From NCBI GenBank assembly GCA_965249575.1, contig OZ252244.1, forward strand, positions 3,424,001 to 3,488,000: a DNA stretch of 64,000 nucleotides, in the 5' to 3' direction. Positions within the stretch are counted from its first letter, which is position 1; every line of letters starts with the position of its first letter. The notes beneath the pieces are model-generated. The model had not been told where the DNA came from. It saw only the letters and a list, made by a program, of their open reading frames with translations, and did no database searches. A program made the position numbers and the translations under genes. This document shows, piece by piece, positions 58,568-64,000 of this stretch. Source of the DNA: Gemmatimonadales bacterium (lineage in GTDB: Bacteria; Gemmatimonadota; Gemmatimonadetes; Gemmatimonadales; GWC2-71-9).

Positions 58568-60157
58568 TTACGGATTCGCGGCCGCAAGCGGCGGGTATTG
58601 TGCGGGAGGTCGCCGGTGACGCGTACCCTGCTCGTATGCGTAGGCCAACTTGAAGATCACGCCCTCGTCGTAGGGGCGAGCCAGTATCTGAAGCCCGGCA
58701 GGCAAGTCGTCATACGAGAATCCCATGGGTACGGTCGCGGCGGGCAGGCCAGTTGCCGGCGCGACGATCTGGCTATTGTCACCCTTGTACTCTTCGATCG
58801 CGTTGTCGAGATGCGCTGGCGGGTTCGTCCACGTCGGATACACGATGGCCTCAACGCCCGCCGCGTTCATCGCGGCAACCACGTCCGTCAGGAACGCCTG
58901 GCGGCCGGGGTGGTCGACGAACGGTGGGCACGGTGGATCCCAAAGCTCCGGCGCCACGTCGACCGGACCCTGTCCGTATCGCTGGAGACGTTCCTCGATG
59001 TATGAGGAGTATCCGCCGGTTTCGAGAACTTCCAGGACGTCCGTAACCGCGGAGGTGGGCCGAGTGGCCAGGTACTGGTGCATGTCGTACCGGAACCGTC
59101 TGCATCCGGTCCGTGCGTCCCGGTGCCGTTGGAACGCCGGTATCTCCAATGGGTCCACGATGCTGGCGCCGAGTCGCCGGAGGTCCCGAAGTGCCTGTTC
59201 GAACAGCGCGATGACTGCCGTATCGGCGTCTTCGGTGTCGACGAGCACACGAAGCACCCCGATGCGTGCACCTTGGAGCCCGGCGGAATCGAGAAAGAGG
59301 GTGTAGTCGGACGCGTTCTTTCCCCGGCCGGCCTCTGTGTACGGATCTGCGGGATCGTACCCTGCCACCACGGTGAAGATGCGAGCCGCGTCCTCGACGG
59401 TGCGCGTCATCGGCCCCGCGATGTCGCGATCGAAGGCAAGTGGGATGACGCCGTCCCGGCTCGTCAGCCCGATCGTGGACCGGATGCCGAAGAGTGCCAG
59501 ATGGGAAGACGGTCCCCGAATTGAGTTGCCCGTGTCGGTCCCCATGCCCGCCACGCCGAAGCTGGCGGCTACGCCCGATGCAGTTCCTCCGCTCGATCCC
59601 GCCGGTACCCGATCCAAGGCGTATGCGTTCGCGGTGGTACCATACGACGAGCTGACGGTCTGGCGGGCGCTGAACGCCCATTCCGCCATGTTCGTCTTTG
59701 CCAGAACGATCCCGTCCGCCTCCCGAAGTTTGCGGACCATGAACGCGTCATCCGGTGGGAGATCGTCCCGCAGCGCGATGGAGCCGCCGGTAGTCGGGAG
59801 GTCTTGGGTGTCGAAGTTGTCTTTAATGAGTAATGGCGCGCAGAAGAGGGGTCCCAGCTCGTCCCCATTGCTCACCGCGGCGTCGATCTCGCCGGCTCGG
59901 CTCAGCGCATTGGGGTTCACCACCGTGATGGCATCCAGGCCGGTCGAGCTATCGTAGGCCTCGATCCTATCGAGGTACGCTTGGACCACCATGCGACACG
60001 TCGTCCGGCCGGCAATGATGGCATCCTGCACATCGGCAATGGTCGCCTCCACCACGTCGATCGGTCCGGGCCGGGATCCGCACGCAACGAGAAGGGTGAG
60101 TGGCACGAACGCGGAGCGGTCCATAAGGTCTCGCAGCGCCGCCACTATCGTATGCAT
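58568..60157 (-). CDS. Amidase signature family protein (probable lipoprotein)
   Basis: IKDNFDT, KTNMAEWA, AGSSGGTA, GTDTGNSIRGPSS; LVAC lipobox. Confidence 0.92.
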   Translation of the reverse strand: MHTIVAALRDLMDRSAFVPLTLLVACGSRPGPIDVVEATIADVQDAIIAGRTTCRMVVQAYLDRIEAYDSSTGLDAITVVNPNALSRAGEIDAAVSNGDELGPLFCAPLLIKDNFDTQDLPTTGGSIALRDDLPPDDAFMVRKLREADGIVLAKTNMAEWAFSARQTVSSSYGTTANAYALDRVPAGSSGGTASGVAASFGVAGMGTDTGNSIRGPSSHLALFGIRSTIGLTSRDGVIPLAFDRDIAGPMTRTVEDAARIFTVVAGYDPADPYTEAGRGKNASDYTLFLDSAGLQGARIGVLRVLVDTEDADTAVIALFEQALRDLRRLGASIVDPLEIPAFQRHRDARTGCRRFRYDMHQYLATRPTSAVTDVLEVLETGGYSSYIEERLQRYGQGPVDVAPELWDPPCPPFVDHPGRQAFLTDVVAAMNAAGVEAIVYPTWTNPPAHLDNAIEEYKGDNSQIVAPATGLPAATVPMGFSYDDLPAGLQILARPYDEGVIFKLAYAYEQGTRHRRPPAQYPPLAAANP

Positions 60158-60197
60158 TCGCCACTCGCCACTCGTTATTCGCTGCTCGATTGTTCGC
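60155..60197. repeat. Heptamer array
   Basis: CATTCGC CACTCGC CACTCGT TATTCGC TGCTCGA fills the intergenic gap. Confidence 0.7.
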
Positions 60198-60469
60198 TAC
60201 TTCGCACACCGCACCTCCACCGGTCGCGTCCGCCCACAGGCAATCGATTCGTTCATCCCACTACTCATGACGGCACACGCAGCAAGAACGGCCGCCTGCT
60301 GCGCGGCCGCTTCGTCTGCCCCAGCTCCCCGCCGGCACTCGCGCTGTCCCCGGAACTCCACACACAGCTCGCACTGTACCTGCACCGAAGACATCGAACC
60401 GTAGATCAACATTCCGAGGAACGCAGCGACGATCACCGCGCCCACGAGCGTCACGAGTCTCCTGTTCAT
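60197..60469 (-). CDS. Small membrane-anchored six-cysteine protein
   Basis: N-terminal TM, then CELC...C...C...C...C in about 60 aa. Confidence 0.7.
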   Translation of the reverse strand: MNRRLVTLVGAVIVAAFLGMLIYGSMSSVQVQCELCVEFRGQRECRRGAGADEAAAQQAAVLAACAVMSSGMNESIACGRTRPVEVRCAK

Positions 60470-60473
60470 CGCT

Positions 60474-60600
60474 CACTAGTCACTGAGCATTAGGCACTAT
60501 TCCTTGATCACTACTCCGTACCGGCTTTTCACCTCTCCCTAGTTCACACGCTCACCACTCACCATTCACCATTCACCATTCACCGTCCCCACCTCACATC
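60474..60600. repeat. Two heptamer arrays
   Basis: CACTAGT CACTGAG CATTAGG CACTATT CCTTGAT CACTACT (60474-60515); TCACCAC (TCACCAT)x3 TCACCGT (60552-60586). Confidence 0.75.
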
Positions 60601-61997
60601 ACTTCTCCGCTCGAAAGGGATTTGACCAGCCTGTAAAGGAATTCCAACCCCTCATAAAACGATCGCGCCATGATCCGCTCGTCGCGTCCATGCGCGCGAT
60701 TGTCGTCCACATCTCGGAAGATCCCCGAGACGCCGTAGACGGGAATGCCGGCTCGGCGGAGGTGGGCGCCGTCCGTGGCGCCGGTGCTCATCGTCGGGAC
60801 GACTGGCACGCCGGGCCACATCGCCTCGGTGGTCCGCTCGATGGCTTGCATGACCGCGGGCGTGAGCGGGGAAGGGGGACTCGGGCGGCCGGCCCCCAAC
60901 GGCGTGATCGAGACCTCCGAGTTGCCGACGACGCGTATCAGCGCTTGGTGAACGGTCTCGGGCCGTTGGTCCGGGAGGATACGGCAGTTGACGGTGGCGC
61001 GCGCGCGTTGAGGCAGCGCGTTCTCCGCGTGCCCGGCCTCGAGCATGGTGGCGACACAGGTGGTCCGCATTCGTGAGTTGAACGCGGGGAGCGGGGCCAG
61101 AGTGGCTATTGCCGCGGGGTCCGGAGGTGTTTCGAGGAGCCCATGCATGGCGGTCGCGATGTCCGGGGCGACGAGCTTCGCAGACCCAGAGAAATAGGCG
61201 CGCGTCACCTCGTTCAGGTTGACGGGGAAGTCGTGCTTCCGAATCTCGAGCAACGCGGAAGCCAGGTGGTAGATCGCGTTGTCCTTGACCGGAAGGGAGC
61301 TGTGTCCTCCCGGATTGGTCACTTCGAGGCTGAAGCTCTGGTAGATCTTCTCGCTCGCTTGCACGTTGTTGGCTATTCGCTTCCCGTCCTTGATCGAGCC
61401 GCCGCCGCCCTCGTTCAAGGCGAACACGGCGTCAATCAGGTCGCGGCGGTTTTCGAGCAGCCACGCGACGCCGTTGTTGGGACCACCCTCTTCGTCCGCC
61501 GTGAGGGCTACGATGATGTCGCGATCGGGGACGAAGCCCTCGGCCTTCATTCGGATCAGGTTCGTTACGTAGATCGCCGCCTCGTCCTTATCGTCGAGCG
61601 TGCCCCGGCCATAGAAATAGCCGTCCCGCTCCAGGAAGGTGAACGGGTCGACGCTCCAGTCGGAGGGGTCAGCTTCAACGACGTCGATGTGCGCCATGGC
61701 CAGAATGGGCGGGCGTCCGGTATCCCTCCCTCGGAGCCGCACGACCAGATTCCCGCGCGTGGCTGTCGGGCCGACGACGTGAACGTCTGGCTCGGGGATT
61801 CCGGCCGCGATGAGCCGCGCTGCCATGGCGTCAGCGGCTTCGGTGGTGTTGCCAGTGCTGTGAGTCGTGTTGGTCTCGATCAACTCGCGCAAGATCTCAC
61901 GGGCGAGTGAATCGTACCTGGCTGACTCCTGAGCGAAGGCGGTCCCAGCGATCGCGGCGGCAAACAGCCCGGCGAATACCGACAATCGTTGGTGCAT
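60594..61997 (-). CDS. Secreted M20/M25/M40 family metallopeptidase
   Basis: Signal peptide AFA-Q; AHIDVV, YGRGTLDDK, ADEEGG, NEGG, GGHSS, GATDG, HGRDER. Confidence 0.92.
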   Translation of the reverse strand: MHQRLSVFAGLFAAAIAGTAFAQESARYDSLAREILRELIETNTTHSTGNTTEAADAMAARLIAAGIPEPDVHVVGPTATRGNLVVRLRGRDTGRPPILAMAHIDVVEADPSDWSVDPFTFLERDGYFYGRGTLDDKDEAAIYVTNLIRMKAEGFVPDRDIIVALTADEEGGPNNGVAWLLENRRDLIDAVFALNEGGGGSIKDGKRIANNVQASEKIYQSFSLEVTNPGGHSSLPVKDNAIYHLASALLEIRKHDFPVNLNEVTRAYFSGSAKLVAPDIATAMHGLLETPPDPAAIATLAPLPAFNSRMRTTCVATMLEAGHAENALPQRARATVNCRILPDQRPETVHQALIRVVGNSEVSITPLGAGRPSPPSPLTPAVMQAIERTTEAMWPGVPVVPTMSTGATDGAHLRRAGIPVYGVSGIFRDVDDNRAHGRDERIMARSFYEGLEFLYRLVKSLSSGEVM

Positions 61998-62228
61998 CGC
62001 GTGAACCTCGATCTAAGCTGAATAATGGGCTTGTCGAGAAAGCTGCCGTGCCTGACGGGTTGACGCCAGGCGCGGGGTGCCGGCGGACTCAAGGATTGCC
62101 GCCATCAGCCGTATCTCGCGGCTCACGGGAACTTCAAGGGCCATCTCAAGACCCCACTTCACCACGTCCAGACTCCAGCATTTGCAGGGAAGGGCGGAAG
62201 GGTGCCGCGCCCCACAGCGATACGGCGG

Positions 62229-63947
62229 CTAGGAAGGAGCGCTGGCTGCCGACGAGCGCGGCCGAAGCGCTGCGCGCAGCGCCTCGGACACCTCGGAGCT
62301 TGCCTGCGCCCTGAGTAGTCGCCCACGGGCGTCTGCGTCGATGATTCCGGAGGCTATCGCTGCGAGAATCCGGACTTGCTGGCCGTGTTCCCTTTCCGGA
62401 GTCAGGAGTAGAAAGACCAGGTGCACGGGCCTCCCGTCAGGAGCGTCCCACTCGACACCGGTCATTGACCGGCCGAACACGAGCACCGGTCGCTCGAGGC
62501 CCGGGAGACGGGCATGCGGAATGGCAACGCCCTCGCCGGTACCTGTCCCGATCAGCTCCTCCCGCGCGCGCACCGCCGTGCCGCACTCGGCAAGTGCCCG
62601 ATCGTGGGCGCGCCCCGAGAGCGACGCACACAGCTCGTCGATCACCTCCCACCGGGTGGGGCCCTGGAGGTTTGGGACGGTCGCCGAGTCGTCCAGATAG
62701 TCGAGCACCAAGACCGCGGTGCGGCGCTTGATCGACCACGACAGCCAGGGTGCAACGAGCAGTGAGGAGACGACCGCCGAGGCGACGATACCGACGAAGA
62801 CCGGTGTCGTCAGGATGCCGTACTCCAACGCGATGTCGGCCACGATGATTCCGGTCACGCCGCTCGGCGTGAAGGCTATTCCGATGGACAGTCGATCCTC
62901 ACGGGAGAATACCGTGCCGAGGGCACCAATCCAGGCGCCCGCGAACTTAGCGCCGATGGAGACGATCGTGACGAACGCGACAATGAACCAGTCGAATTCG
63001 GCGAGGAAATCGTATTGGAGACCGATTCCGGCAAAGTAGAGCGGCACGAACACCGAGTGCACCATTTGGCTCACGACGGTTCGCGTCCGCGCCGAAAGGG
63101 CCCGGGACTCTCCGGCCATGATGCCCGCTAAGAAGAAGCCAAGCAGTGCAGTGAGGCCGAGGCTGTGGGTTAGCGCTCCGCATGCGAGTCCCAGGCAGCT
63201 CACCAGGCTCAGCACGACGCCGGGCTGGTCGGGTAGGTACTCGCTCGCGTAGGCAATCGCGCGGTCGACGAGTCTCAACCCCACCGTGAGACAGAATGCG
63301 GTGAAGGCGATCGAAAAGAACAGAATCAGGGTGACCGATCCCAGCCGCACCCCGAGGGGGGTGGCGAGACCGAGGACCACGCTCAGGATGACCCACGCGA
63401 GGATGTCATTGACGGCGTAACCGCACAGCGTGACGAGGCCGAGTTCGGTCTTGACCAAATCGAGATCGTGGAGCACCCGCGCGATGACGACCATCGCGCT
63501 GATGGCGATGGTCGTCCCAAGGAAGAGCGCAAACGGGATGCGAAGCGAGACGTCGGCCAAGTAGTGATCGGGCAGCGCAAGCGAAAGCGCGAAGCCGATC
63601 AGCAGTGGCACGAGCACACCGATGATACCGATGCGAAGGGCCGGCCCACGTTGCCGCCAGGCAGCGGACACGTCGACCTCGAGTCCGGTCTCGAGCAGGA
63701 GAAAGAGCACGCCGAACCACGAGACGGTGTCCAGCATGGCCTGCTGAATGACGTCGGGGGGGAAGATCGCAGCCTGCAACTCGGGCCACGCCCGCCCGAG
63801 CAGGGTAGGGCCGAGCAGCAATCCGATCGCGATCTCGCCGACGAGCGGGGGGTAACCAAACCGCCGCAACACCTCGCCCAAGCCCCTAGCGAGGCCGAGG
63901 AGCAAGAGGACTTGCAGGAGGAAGAGGCCCAGGTGCTGCTCGGTCAC
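62229..63947 (-). CDS. CPA2 cation:proton antiporter fused to a PTS EIIA (Ntr/Fru-type) domain
   Basis: PPLVGEIAIGLLLGPT, GLEVD, VNDILAW; C-terminal REELIGTGTGEGVAIPHAR...WDAPDGRPVHLVFLL. Confidence 0.88.
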   Translation of the reverse strand: MTEQHLGLFLLQVLLLLGLARGLGEVLRRFGYPPLVGEIAIGLLLGPTLLGRAWPELQAAIFPPDVIQQAMLDTVSWFGVLFLLLETGLEVDVSAAWRQRGPALRIGIIGVLVPLLIGFALSLALPDHYLADVSLRIPFALFLGTTIAISAMVVIARVLHDLDLVKTELGLVTLCGYAVNDILAWVILSVVLGLATPLGVRLGSVTLILFFSIAFTAFCLTVGLRLVDRAIAYASEYLPDQPGVVLSLVSCLGLACGALTHSLGLTALLGFFLAGIMAGESRALSARTRTVVSQMVHSVFVPLYFAGIGLQYDFLAEFDWFIVAFVTIVSIGAKFAGAWIGALGTVFSREDRLSIGIAFTPSGVTGIIVADIALEYGILTTPVFVGIVASAVVSSLLVAPWLSWSIKRRTAVLVLDYLDDSATVPNLQGPTRWEVIDELCASLSGRAHDRALAECGTAVRAREELIGTGTGEGVAIPHARLPGLERPVLVFGRSMTGVEWDAPDGRPVHLVFLLLTPEREHGQQVRILAAIASGIIDADARGRLLRAQASSEVSEALRAALRPRSSAASAPS

Positions 63948-64000
63948 GAGTCCTCTGCGGTCGTCGTCCCGACTAGCCTACGCTGTTGGGTCGTCTCGAG

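Overview
GC-rich bacterial chromosome segment. Gene content and order suggest Gemmatimonadota, but that is an inference. 1-16 kb is an intact housekeeping block: rsmA-like 3' end, rex with a perfect Rex operator, a DEDDh exonuclease, infC-rpmI-rplT behind a structured leader, pheST, zapB-like/zapA, rny, folD, xseAB, ispA, dxs, nadK and recN. The rest is accessory. It holds a ClC-CBS and a DASS transporter, a form II-type cox(SLMGDE) molybdo-hydroxylase cluster, a type IV minor-pilin operon, M28/M19/M20 peptidases, sigma54-driven gdhA, a DUF5666-like acidic lipoprotein, an Nramp-like transporter, lutABC, a MacA/ABC-permease set and tRNA-Leu(UAA). After the tRNA come a DUF4956-CotH-VTC-phosphoesterase operon, an ASCH-like protein, a PQQ sugar dehydrogenase, an amidase and a CPA2-PTS EIIA fusion. 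Two signals stand out. (1) A GEMM-I riboswitch with the A20 signature of 3',3'-cGAMP (c-AMP-GMP) sensors lies between a sigma54-type promoter and the pilin operon; its leader carries five anti-SD repeats. (2) The DUF4956/CotH/VTC/phosphoesterase operon looks like an undescribed polyphosphate synthesis/export and extracellular phosphorylation system. Several small frameshifts and one 111-bp tandem duplication may be assembly errors. No CRISPR array, transposase or integrase was seen.
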